The position numbers and the translations under genes are program-made. This document shows, in pieces, positions 20,395 through 29,168 of a stretch of 64,000 nt of DNA. The DNA comes from Methanomassiliicoccaceae archaeon (GTDB taxonomy: Archaea > Thermoplasmatota > Thermoplasmata > Methanomassiliicoccales > Methanomassiliicoccaceae), in assembly GCA_963728405.1 (NCBI GenBank), contig CAVSJV010000005.1:224001-288000 (forward strand), written 5' to 3'. Positions within the stretch are counted from its first letter, which is position 1; every line of letters begins with the position of its first letter. The notes under the pieces were generated by a model. It was not told the DNA's origin. It searched no databases and saw only the letters and a program-made list of their open reading frames with translations.

Positions 20395-20870
20395 GTGAAC
20401 CGCTCTTTTCCTCAAAGGGCCAATACCTGCTTATTACAAATCGATATCGCAAGAAGGCTCACGATCTCGATCGTTGGATGAATCGGGACAAATGCCGAAT
20501 GATGTTGCAAATAGGGCATCATTGCTGACAATGTCCGCTCCCTCATCGCTGTGAGCCCGCTCCTTCTTCAGCTCCGCAGCTCGTAACCTGTCTGTGATCA
20601 TCGCCCTAAAAATATCGACTTCGTCTGAGGGCCAAAAACATGCTCCTGGCCTTTAACATAAGCATTGGAGAGATTTTAGTGTCGAGCTTTCGAAGGCCAG
20701 AGGGTAGCAGCATTCGCCTCAACTTTGATGTGTACGGTCGAGGGTATCTGCACCTTCCATCGGACCTGGTTGGCGGCCTTGGTTCTTTGACGAATGGATT
20801 TATAATCATGCTATCGCTATCTACCTTCGTCCTAGGGAATTCCTAGTGTTAATGTCGTGGAGGAAAGTCA

Positions 20871-21260
20871 GTGCAGGACGCTAAATCAGTAGAAAATATC
20901 CTAGAGGAGATAATCCATGGGGAGTTCCCCCAGGGCAAGAACATCCAGAGCGTCTCCATCGTATCGAAGACGGGTCTGATGATTGCCGGTAAGGCAGCGT
21001 CCTCAGCTCGGGCCGAGACCTTTTCAGCCATGGCCGCCATTATGTTCTCAGCCGCCGAGGCGACCAAGAACGACATCTTCAAGGACAAGATCGACTACGT
21101 TCTCGCTGTTTTCCGCAACACCAAGCTCTTCATATCTGAGCTCTCGTCCAGCATGTTGATCGTCGCCACCGTGGACCGGGAGATCGACGATGGCAAGATC
21201 CTGGAAAGCATGGGCCGCATCGTCACCAAGACCAAGGAAGAACTGGTCTGGCTTCGGTAG
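20871..21260 (+). CDS. Roadblock/LC7 domain protein
   Basis: IQSVSIVSKTGLMIA..ETFSAMAAIMFSAAE pattern, about 130 aa. Confidence 0.8.
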   Translation: MQDAKSVENILEEIIHGEFPQGKNIQSVSIVSKTGLMIAGKAASSARAETFSAMAAIMFSAAEATKNDIFKDKIDYVLAVFRNTKLFISELSSSMLIVATVDREIDDGKILESMGRIVTKTKEELVWLR

Positions 21261-21456
21261 AACCCTAAGAAAATAGTGGGCGTACCGCCCCCATCCTTTA
21301 TTTCAATCGTTATAATGGCTGAACAGTGGGCCTTCAGACGAGGGATTCTAAGTTCTGAATATTTAATTATTGAACGGACATGTTTTGATTATTTCCAGAT
21401 TGAATAAAAGGGGAAAATGGTTTCTGTCCTCAGAGGTCCGACTCCCACGCCAACAC

Positions 21457-22257
21457 CTACTCGCTCTTTCTCTTCTCGGACTTGCCCTTCTCCCTTTCGA
21501 TGATCAGTTCGGCGACCTTCTTTCCCGACAATAGCATGCCACCAAATATCGGACCCATGCGCGGTGAGCCCATCACAGCATTGCAGCACATCCCTGTAAC
21601 GTATAGGTTGGGGAACACTTCCATGGTGTTTTGCACCGTCATATTTTCCCCGACCTCGGCCCACATGCTCTTCTCTCCTTCTATCGAACCGGATGGTGTG
21701 GACAACCTTCCAGCCTTGCGCTGCACGATGTGGACGACCTCGGCCGGATGCCCCGTGCCATCTATTACGTATTTCGAACGGATCGCCAATGGGTCGACAT
21801 GCAGGCCAGCCACCTCGACAGCGCTAGAGTTGATGACCACGCCGTGCACCTCTTTCCCACGGATGATGACGTCCTCAACGGAGATGGTGTTGAACAATCT
21901 CGCACCAGCATCGATGGCAGATGCGATGAGCTTGGATGCAGCCTCTACAGAATCGGCGGTGTAGTACCCCTCGCCAGCGTCCGTCAGTTTCACCCCTATC
22001 TCCTCGAGGAGATGCTTGGATGCTTCCTGCACAACTATTACCGGAAAGGTCATCCCGCCACCCCACATCCCTCCGCCAGGCGTTAGTTTCCTCTCGAATA
22101 TCGTTACCTTTAGACCCGACTTAGCCAGGTATCTCGCCGCAGTGAGTGAGGCTGGCCCTGCTCCAGCGATCACAACATCAACATCCAGATTGTTCAGGAA
22201 TTCATCAGCGAATCGTTCAACGATCTTCCGGGTCACTTTGATCTCGTCTATTTCCAT
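21457..22257 (-). CDS. thi4: Sulfide-dependent (His-type) adenosine diphosphate thiazole synthase
   Basis: AGAGP, GGGMWGGG, LHVDP (His at the position of the suicide Cys), DGTGH, EKSMWA, PRMGPIFGGMLLSG. Confidence 0.95.
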   Translation of the reverse strand: MEIDEIKVTRKIVERFADEFLNNLDVDVVIAGAGPASLTAARYLAKSGLKVTIFERKLTPGGGMWGGGMTFPVIVVQEASKHLLEEIGVKLTDAGEGYYTADSVEAASKLIASAIDAGARLFNTISVEDVIIRGKEVHGVVINSSAVEVAGLHVDPLAIRSKYVIDGTGHPAEVVHIVQRKAGRLSTPSGSIEGEKSMWAEVGENMTVQNTMEVFPNLYVTGMCCNAVMGSPRMGPIFGGMLLSGKKVAELIIEREKGKSEKRKSE

Positions 22258-22348
22258 CGTTGTCCCCTCAATCTCTGGAAAACCATGGGCAGCCCTGGCC
22301 GGAGCACGCCTTCAATAGCACCAGTACCTCTATGTGATGAGGGATGGC

Positions 22349-22999
22349 TTATTCAACTTTAACCCCATCTTTCTTAGCCCGAACAATCAATGATCTTAAG
22401 GACCTAGCCGCCAAAGCAATATCGGGTTGGCTAACCACTGCTGAAATGACCGCGATGCCATCGGCCCCCGCCATTATGACATCATTGATGTCACTCGCCC
22501 CGATCCCCCCAATTGCGACGAGCGGAATGGAGACTGCTGCCCTCATATCGCGGAGGGAATCTAGTCCCACTCCCGGCCCAGCATCGTTCTTTGAGGATGT
22601 AGGGAAGATGGGGCCTAAGGCCACATAATCCGCGCCGAAGCCCTCTGCCCGGATCGCTTCTTCGATATTCGACACGGAAACGCCGATGATAAAATCCCTT
22701 GGAGCCAACATCCGCGCAGCTGACAACGGTATGTCGTCCTGCCCCAGATGCACACCATCTGCTTTACTGGCTAAAGCCACATCCATCCTGTCGTTTACGA
22801 TGAACATTGTTTCTGTACTACTGGTGATCGATCTGATCTTAATGGCGACATCATAAAGGTCCTTGGCCGAAAGCTCTTTGTCACGGAGCTGGACGACATC
22901 AGCTCCCCCACTCACGGCCTTTCTTGCGATTTCATCATGTCTTAGGCCGTGTGATAGTTTCTCATCTGTGATGACATATAGATCATACCTTTTGCTCAC
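22349..22999 (-). CDS. thiE: Thiamine-phosphate synthase
   Basis: LYVITD, QLRDK, IVNDR.DVA, GVHLGQDD, GPIFPTSSK, VAIGGI. Confidence 0.95.
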   Translation of the reverse strand: MSKRYDLYVITDEKLSHGLRHDEIARKAVSGGADVVQLRDKELSAKDLYDVAIKIRSITSSTETMFIVNDRMDVALASKADGVHLGQDDIPLSAARMLAPRDFIIGVSVSNIEEAIRAEGFGADYVALGPIFPTSSKNDAGPGVGLDSLRDMRAAVSIPLVAIGGIGASDINDVIMAGADGIAVISAVVSQPDIALAARSLRSLIVRAKKDGVKVE

Positions 23000-23072
23000 G
23001 GGTTCATCACCTTGCTTGCTCGCGCTCCCCGTTCAATAGATTATAATGCCCTATCGAGACACGCCGGCCTGT

Positions 23073-23528
23073 TCAGACCAGGCGGTCGGCGAAGTCTTCC
23101 TGGATGCGGTCACAGTACAAGCAGCGTAGCACCACTGGCCTCTTGGACTCGACGACGAATTCGGGGTCCACCGGCTCGCACTTATTGGTGATGCAGTTGG
23201 GATTGCCGCACTTGACGATACCCCTGACGATGTCCGGCATCTTGACCTGGTACTTCTCGGCGACGTTGAAGTCCCGGATGATATTGATAGTGGCCTTGGG
23301 AGCAATGAGCGAGATCTTATCCACCTGCTGGGGTTCAAGCTCGCGGTCCTCGACCTTTACAACGTCCTTCCAACCATCTACTTTCGAGGGGACGTGCATG
23401 AGCACCGATACCGTCGATTGTACATCACCGGTGACGCCGATGATCCTGAGCACCTTGAGCGCCTGTCCACAGTCGATGTGGTCGATGACCGTCCCATTCC
23501 GGATGGGCGTGACCCTGAAGTCCTTCAT
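23073..23528 (-). CDS. pyrI: Aspartate carbamoyltransferase regulatory subunit
   Basis: NGTVIDHI, CGNPNCIT, C.YC. Confidence 0.96.
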   Translation of the reverse strand: MKDFRVTPIRNGTVIDHIDCGQALKVLRIIGVTGDVQSTVSVLMHVPSKVDGWKDVVKVEDRELEPQQVDKISLIAPKATINIIRDFNVAEKYQVKMPDIVRGIVKCGNPNCITNKCEPVDPEFVVESKRPVVLRCLYCDRIQEDFADRLV

Positions 23529-24457
23529 TAGAGCTCGCCTCCTAGCACTAGATTGAGCAGGGCCATTCTCACCGGCACTCCGTTGAAGGCCTGTTGGAAG
23601 TATTTGGCGTTCTCAGTATAGTCCACTTCTGGGGCGATCTCGTCGACCCGGGGCAGAGGGTGCATGATGACCAGGTCCTTTTTGGCCTCTCTCAGCAGAA
23701 CATTGTCCACACGGTAGCAGCCCGCCACCTTCAGGTATTCGGACGGATCGGGAAACCTCTCCCTCTGGATCCTGGTGACATAGAGGACGTCGGCATCAGC
23801 GATGACATCTTCAAGCTTGGAACAGAGCCGTGCCTTCACACCCTCCTTCTCGAGATGCTTGGCAGTTTCCTTCGGCATCTGAAGCAGGGGCGGGGCAACG
23901 AAGGTCAGGTCCGCTCCGAACATGGCCAGCGCTTCAGCGAGCGAGTGCGCCGTCCGCCCATATTTCAGATCGCCCACCAGGACGACCTTCTTGCCGGCGA
24001 TGCTCCCGGTCTGCTGCTTGATTGTGAACAGGTCCAGTAAAGTTTGGGTTGGATGTTGACCTGCCCCATCCCCGGCGTTGATGACTGGCTTGGATGAGAA
24101 ATGGGCCGCCAGACGGGCCGCTCCCTCATGGGGGTGCCGCAGCACGATGGCATCCGAGTAGCCTTCCACCATGCGGATGGTATCGGCCAGCGTCTCTCCC
24201 TTGACGGTCGAGGAGCTCTCTGGCGTAGCGATCTCGATGTACTTGCCGCCCGCTCTGACCACGGCGCTCTCGAATGAGAGCCGGGTCCTAGTGGACGGTT
24301 CGAAGAACAGATTGGCCAAGACCTTCCCTTCCAGGGCCTTGGTCAGTTTCTCCCCTCTAGCGTAGGGGATCATCTTCTGAGCGAGGTCAAGGATCTGTTC
24401 GATCTGCTCCCTGGTCAGGTCACGAACGGAAACGACATCCATCCCTTTGAACGTCAT
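23528..24457 (-). CDS. pyrB: Aspartate carbamoyltransferase catalytic subunit
   Basis: FFEPSTRT, NAGDG..QHPTQ, YVTRIQRER, HPLPR. Confidence 0.97.
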   Translation of the reverse strand: MTFKGMDVVSVRDLTREQIEQILDLAQKMIPYARGEKLTKALEGKVLANLFFEPSTRTRLSFESAVVRAGGKYIEIATPESSSTVKGETLADTIRMVEGYSDAIVLRHPHEGAARLAAHFSSKPVINAGDGAGQHPTQTLLDLFTIKQQTGSIAGKKVVLVGDLKYGRTAHSLAEALAMFGADLTFVAPPLLQMPKETAKHLEKEGVKARLCSKLEDVIADADVLYVTRIQRERFPDPSEYLKVAGCYRVDNVLLREAKKDLVIMHPLPRVDEIAPEVDYTENAKYFQQAFNGVPVRMALLNLVLGGEL

Positions 24458-24529
24458 GGCGGTCGATTGAGAATGGCCGATGGGGGTAATAATAGCTATT
24501 TCAACATATTGGGGGGCTAGACCCCATAA

Positions 24530-24892
24530 CTAGAAAAGATGCTCATCGAAGTGGGCTAGCGCATCCTGCATCCTTCTGTTCCATTCTTCGACACAGTGCT
24601 GCATCTTCATCTTGAGTATATCTTTGCTGACGGCACTGTACACATGGTAATAGCCACCTTTCTCCAGGCTCCTCGTCTCCCGATAGCACATCCCGCAACT
24701 GATCAGCTTCTGAAGTGCACGATATACGGTCGATCGCTCCTTGCCGATCTTGTCGGCCAGGTCATCAGCCCGCAAAGGGCCTAACGCGGAAGCGGCCCGG
24801 AACACCTCGATCTCGAAATCATTGAGGTTGAATGCGCACTGGACAATATCTTTGCATGAAGATATTTCCGTTATAGATTTCTGAGGGGGCAC
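24530..24892 (-). CDS. TrmB-like (COG3355-type) HTH regulator, divergent from the tusA operon
   Basis: C.FNLN..E, RSTVYRALQKL, GGYYHVY. Confidence 0.82.
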   Translation of the reverse strand: MPPQKSITEISSCKDIVQCAFNLNDFEIEVFRAASALGPLRADDLADKIGKERSTVYRALQKLISCGMCYRETRSLEKGGYYHVYSAVSKDILKMKMQHCVEEWNRRMQDALAHFDEHLF

Positions 24893-24949
24893 CTATTATT
24901 ACCTTCCTTATGCCGTAACTTTCTTGGAAAAGTCTTATAAAGTGACGGT

Positions 24950-24982
24950 TATATATAGTTAGTGCAAAACCGTGCAAAACCG
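24950..24982 (+). promoter_or_regulatory. TATA box followed by a tandem GTGCAAAACC repeat (candidate operator)
   Basis: TTATATATAG then GTGCAAAACC-GTGCAAAACC at 24962-24981, 16 bp before the tusA ATG. Confidence 0.55.
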
Positions 24983-24997
24983 ATAGGATGTGAACAT

Positions 24998-25222
24998 ATG
25001 GTAGAGATACTGGATGCCAAAGGATTGATGTGCCCGATGCCCATCGTACAGCTGGCGAAGAAGATCAAGACCATGAAGGTCGGGGACGAACTTGAGCTCA
25101 TCTCGGATGATGTCGGTTCCAAAGAAGATGTGCCGGCGTGGTGCCAGAGGACCGGTAACCAGCTGGTCGAACAGAAGGAAGCGGGTGGCGTTTACACCTA
25201 CCGTATCAAAAAGCTGAAGTGA
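24998..25222 (+). CDS. tusA: TusA/SirA-family sulfur carrier
   Basis: LDAKGLMCPMP (CPxP), D.GS..DVPAW, 74 aa. Confidence 0.92.
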   Translation: MVEILDAKGLMCPMPIVQLAKKIKTMKVGDELELISDDVGSKEDVPAWCQRTGNQLVEQKEAGGVYTYRIKKLK

Positions 25223-25590
25223 GCGACATCATGGACAAGCAGTCGCTGATCACGACCCATGCGACGGACGATGCAGGGCGGTCCACCCTTCCGTTCGTTC
25301 CCGGAACGATGGCCATTGTCTCGGACATGGAACCGACCACACCGTTGCAGATGGAAGGGGCGTGGCTGGCCAGGGATGATCAGGCCCAGCTTGTCCGGGG
25401 CTCCGCGTTCCCGCCCCCTGTGGGCCTCACGAGCAGGTCTCTGGTGAGCAGAGGACGAGATCCTGGTCTGCGGACCCAGCGCCAAGAGGAGAGGACTGAA
25501 GCAAGGGGACCTGGTGGACGGCGTGACCATAGTCAGCGCCCCGACCATGATCAAGGAGACCGGGAAATCCGGTCAGTAATCACATATTGA
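25219..25590 (+). pseudogene. Degraded DsrE-family protein
   Basis: TH..DD..R.TLPF..LQMEG.WLA..FPP; the middle EILVCGPSAKRRGL..DLVDGVTIV is out of frame and the end SVITY back in frame; several Pro at normally hydrophobic positions. Confidence 0.65.
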
Positions 25591-25612
25591 AGATCACTAC
25601 GGAGGCAATCAT

Positions 25613-26023
25613 ATGGCAGATACAAAGAAATTGGCGATAGTGGTATCAGAAGGAACGTTCGACAAGGGCATGGAGGCGATGATCATCGCCAACACCGCGG
25701 CGAGCATGGGAATGGAAGTACATGTGTTCTACACCTTCTTCGGTCTGAGCCTGTTGAAGAAAGGAGTGAAGCCGAAGCTGCCTGGTATGTATCGCCTGTT
25801 CACCGGCATGTTCGTTAAGCGGATGGCCAAGGGCGGCATAACGGACTACAATGACCAGATACAGACGGCCATCGATCTGGGCGTGAACCTATACGCCTGC
25901 AGCACGACCATGACCTTGATGAACGTCACCAAGGAGAAGATGGTGGACGGGGTCAAGGTGCTCGGAGCTGCAGGCTTCCTCAACATCGCCGCGGACACTG
26001 ACATGCAGTACTTCATCGGCTGA
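25613..26023 (+). CDS. DsrE2/DrsE-like sulfurtransferase
   Basis: KLAIVVS.GTFDK, HVFYTFFGL, YACSTTM, GAAGFL, FIG end. Confidence 0.88.
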   Translation: MADTKKLAIVVSEGTFDKGMEAMIIANTAASMGMEVHVFYTFFGLSLLKKGVKPKLPGMYRLFTGMFVKRMAKGGITDYNDQIQTAIDLGVNLYACSTTMTLMNVTKEKMVDGVKVLGAAGFLNIAADTDMQYFIG

Positions 26024-26033
26024 AGGTGAGCGT

Positions 26034-26336
26034 TTGTCTTCTACGCTATTCATTCTAATGAAGGCGCCCCATGAGTACCACGACCTTGACGCCGTGGCCG
26101 CCCTGGGTGGTGAGGACAAGATTGGCATCCTCCTGTTCGAGGACGCGACCCTTTACCCCGTTTACAAGGACAAGCGGGATGAGATCCTCGACGTTGCTGA
26201 CGATATCTACGTCATGGGCGACGACCTGGAAGCCCGGGGCTTCAAGGGGCGGGCCGGACGTGGGTTCAAGGTGATAGATTACTCTAGGGCGGTCGACCTT
26301 ATCATGGAGGAGTACGACCAGACCATCACACTGTGA
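26034..26336 (+). CDS. DsrH/TusB-family protein
   Basis: GILLFEDAT, YVMGDDLEARG, IDY..VDLI. Confidence 0.85.
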   Translation: MSSTLFILMKAPHEYHDLDAVAALGGEDKIGILLFEDATLYPVYKDKRDEILDVADDIYVMGDDLEARGFKGRAGRGFKVIDYSRAVDLIMEEYDQTITL

Positions 26337-26345
26337 GGTGGAACA

Positions 26346-26702
26346 ATGGCAACATTATGCATTCAGTTGAGGACCGGCACCATGATGAACATGGATTCCA
26401 ACGTCGCCGTCAAGCTCGCCAAGGCGGCCATAGATAAGGGTCACAAGGTCAAGATATTCGGTTACGGCGAAGGCGTGTTCCTGATCAAGAGCGGGCAGGA
26501 CCCCAAGCGCTTCCCCAACGTTGGGAAGCTAACCGAAGAACTGGTCGAGCAGGGGCTGGAAGCCGTCGTGTGCGAGACCTGTTGCGCTGCCCGGGGCATG
26601 CACCGGGGCGAGGAGATCAAGGGAACGAAGATCGGCAGCATCACCAACGACTTCTCCCGGATGGCGTCCGAATCGGATCGTCTGGTAACGATCGCGAGGT
26701 GA
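26346..26702 (+). CDS. DsrE/TusD-family protein
   Basis: KGHKVKIF.YGEGV, VCETCCAARG, DRLVT. Confidence 0.85.
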   Translation: MATLCIQLRTGTMMNMDSNVAVKLAKAAIDKGHKVKIFGYGEGVFLIKSGQDPKRFPNVGKLTEELVEQGLEAVVCETCCAARGMHRGEEIKGTKIGSITNDFSRMASESDRLVTIAR

Positions 26703-26706
26703 AAGA

Positions 26707-27066
26707 ATGGCCGATAGCTTGCTCGTATTGATCACCAAGGGGCCGTATGGTCTGGAAGAGGCGTTTGCCGGTGCCCGGCTAGCGCTGGGCGGGAAGGTCA
26801 GCGGGTTGATGGAGACCTCCAACATCCTGCTGATGGGCGATGGCACCTTGAACGCGCTGGCGGCCCAGAACAATGAGGCAGTGGGGATGCCCTCGAACCT
26901 GGCCGCCCTGCAGGATGTCATGGACCTCGAGGGGGAGGTCTACTGTGTCGAATCGGACCTGCGCCAGAGGGTCGGGGACATGGATGCCCTGGAAGGTGTG
27001 AAGATGGTGTCCTGGGCCGAGGCCAGGGATCTTGTCAAGAAGCACCAGCTGGTCAATACCTTCTGA
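26707..27066 (+). CDS. DsrF/TusC-family protein
   Basis: ITKGPYG.E.AFAG, LMGDG, YCVESDL.QR. Confidence 0.85.
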   Translation: MADSLLVLITKGPYGLEEAFAGARLALGGKVSGLMETSNILLMGDGTLNALAAQNNEAVGMPSNLAALQDVMDLEGEVYCVESDLRQRVGDMDALEGVKMVSWAEARDLVKKHQLVNTF

Positions 27067-27123
27067 ACTTTCCCAAAAACTCCTTCCCCCATTGTTTTTT
27101 AAGGACAAGGCCAATCAACGTGC

Positions 27124-28848
27124 ATGCTCGATGTCACTGACCGCTCCGGACCGGCCCGCGCCGGACGATGGCTGACCGGACAGTCCAAGATCGATATTCC
27201 AAACATCATGTTCCACAATTCAGCGGTCTTCCCCGCTCCGTCGTACGCCGAGCTGACCATCGGAGGGCAGCCGAGGCTCTCTATTTCCCCACCTGGCAAG
27301 GAAGAGCTGGCTGGCTTCGAGCAGCACGTCATTCGCCCTCTTGATGTAGGCAGGGAAGAAGCAGTGGTCGAAGAAGGCACCAATGTGGTCGTCGTCCGTG
27401 GGAAACTGGACAAGAACATGACCGAGCGCTCAGAGGAAGTGTTCGTCCTGGGCAACGCCTTCGAGCTCCGGCGGGACGCCCGCGCTTTCGTTGATACAGT
27501 GGTCTCACTGCGTGAGGCCATCGGTTATGATCGCCTGATCTACGCCCCTGGCATCATGGAGCCGTCCAACCTCGCGCTGCTATCGTACCTGGGGGTGGAC
27601 CTGTTCGATTCTTCCTTACCACTGTACCAATCCACTCGGGGGAAGGTGCTGCTGACCGAGGGCTCTCTCGCGGCAGAGGACGCCTCTTGGCTGGTCACTG
27701 GTCCGGAGCAAACACAGGCTCATAATCTGGAGGCCGCCTGGAGGGAGCTGAAGCTGGTTCGCCATATGATCAGGGTCGGCCGGCTTCGAGAGCTGGTGGA
27801 GACCCGGGTCAACGCCAGCCCGTGGATGGTCGCCGCGCTGAGGCTCTTCGACCTCGAGCACTACGGCTTCCAGGAAAAACGAACCGCGGTCGTGGGTCCG
27901 CCGTTCTATTGCAACTCGAAAGCTTCGCTGTTCCGCCCGGACGTTTGGAGGTTCCGGCGCAGGATCATGGAGCGATGGGAGCCGGCGCCGCATAAGAAGG
28001 TGCTGTTGCTCATTCCCTGCTCGGCCAAGAAGCCTTACTACACCTCAAAGAGCCACCGGACCTTCGAGGAGGTCCTTTTGTCCGTTCCGAACTCCTGCGC
28101 GGTGCAGGAGCTGATCATCACCTCGCCGCTCGGCGCGGTCCCCCGGGAACTGGAACTATTCTATCCGGCATCGCAGTACGATATCCCGGTCACCGGCAAC
28201 TGGGACCGGGAGGAGGTGGCGATGATACAGCAGCTGGTCAAGCGGGCCGCCTCGTTCGGTTTTACCAAGATCATCTCTCACCTGGGGTCGGAGAGCGACT
28301 TCGTACGGGAAGCGGTCGACTGCGTTGACACCACCGAGGGTCAGGGTACCACCACGAACGAGGCGTTGGAGCGAATGAGGCATGAGCTCGTCTCGGCCTG
28401 CGCCTCGGTGGAGAAGGCGCCCCGGGCCGCCGACCGCGTGGAGTTCCTGCGTTCACAGGCTCGCTACCAGTTCGGAAAGGAAGGCGAAGCGCTCCTAGAT
28501 GGGTGCACGGTGGTCGGAAAGTATCCCTATCTGAAGTTCATGAAGGGCAACAGCCAGATCGGTATGCTAACTCCCGACCGGGGAATGCTCTCTCTTACCA
28601 TGGATGGGGGTAAGGTCCTTTTGGATCAGGGCATCCACACCGTGCAGATGGGCGACTTCGATCTGGGCGGTAACCTCTTTGCCGTGGGGGTCAGCGGGGC
28701 GGACGAACGGATAAGGGCCGGCGATGAGGTGGCCCTCATCCGAAAAGGCGACCTGGAGGGCGTAGGTGTGGCCGCCATGTCCGGAGCGGAGATGGTCGGC
28801 AGCAAGAGGGGCGAGGCGGTCCGGATCCGGCACAAACGGAAGCGATAG
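27124..28848 (+). CDS. arcS: Archaeosine synthase subunit alpha
   Basis: LSYLGVDLFD, GRLRELVE, PCSAKKPY..SKSH, TSPLGAVPRELE.FYP..YDIPVTG.W, C-terminal PUA domain. Confidence 0.93.
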   Translation: MLDVTDRSGPARAGRWLTGQSKIDIPNIMFHNSAVFPAPSYAELTIGGQPRLSISPPGKEELAGFEQHVIRPLDVGREEAVVEEGTNVVVVRGKLDKNMTERSEEVFVLGNAFELRRDARAFVDTVVSLREAIGYDRLIYAPGIMEPSNLALLSYLGVDLFDSSLPLYQSTRGKVLLTEGSLAAEDASWLVTGPEQTQAHNLEAAWRELKLVRHMIRVGRLRELVETRVNASPWMVAALRLFDLEHYGFQEKRTAVVGPPFYCNSKASLFRPDVWRFRRRIMERWEPAPHKKVLLLIPCSAKKPYYTSKSHRTFEEVLLSVPNSCAVQELIITSPLGAVPRELELFYPASQYDIPVTGNWDREEVAMIQQLVKRAASFGFTKIISHLGSESDFVREAVDCVDTTEGQGTTTNEALERMRHELVSACASVEKAPRAADRVEFLRSQARYQFGKEGEALLDGCTVVGKYPYLKFMKGNSQIGMLTPDRGMLSLTMDGGKVLLDQGIHTVQMGDFDLGGNLFAVGVSGADERIRAGDEVALIRKGDLEGVGVAAMSGAEMVGSKRGEAVRIRHKRKR

Positions 28849-28960
28849 GGCACTTTCGGTCTTCGATATTGGCAGCCAGAGAGGGGCTTAACGTTGCGGT
28901 TTTCGGAGACCTCCCCCCGTTCGGCATATAAAAAGGGTCATCTATCACAGTATCAGTGAT

Positions 28961-29167
28961 GTGATGACGGACCCCAAGGAAGAGGAATGTAGCTGGGAGG
29001 AAGTCTACCGAGCTATGGGCGTCCGTTGTGACATCGAAGTAGATGTGTCATCCCTAGACGAGCGCGGGGTTTGCCCGACCCCCCTCGTCAACCCCTTTCC
29101 CTTTTCTAACCACCGCTCGGAACGGTGGATCGGACGCAACATCACGCCACTGGACGTCTTCGCTTAG
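28961..29167 (+). CDS. Small hypothetical protein
   Basis: 68-aa ORF preceded by TATA-like CATATAAAAAG; no recognised motif. Confidence 0.4.
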   Translation: MMTDPKEEECSWEEVYRAMGVRCDIEVDVSSLDERGVCPTPLVNPFPFSNHRSERWIGRNITPLDVFA

Positions 29168-29168
29168 A

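Noticed and set aside
20484-20537. Imperfect inverted repeat (GGACA..AATGATG / CATCATT..TGTCC)
   Set aside because: Short and interrupted; cannot be distinguished from chance without folding statistics.
22258-23050. TPP riboswitch upstream of thiE or thi4
   Set aside because: No GCTGAGA or CCTGAT..AATACC-type core recognisable in either leader.
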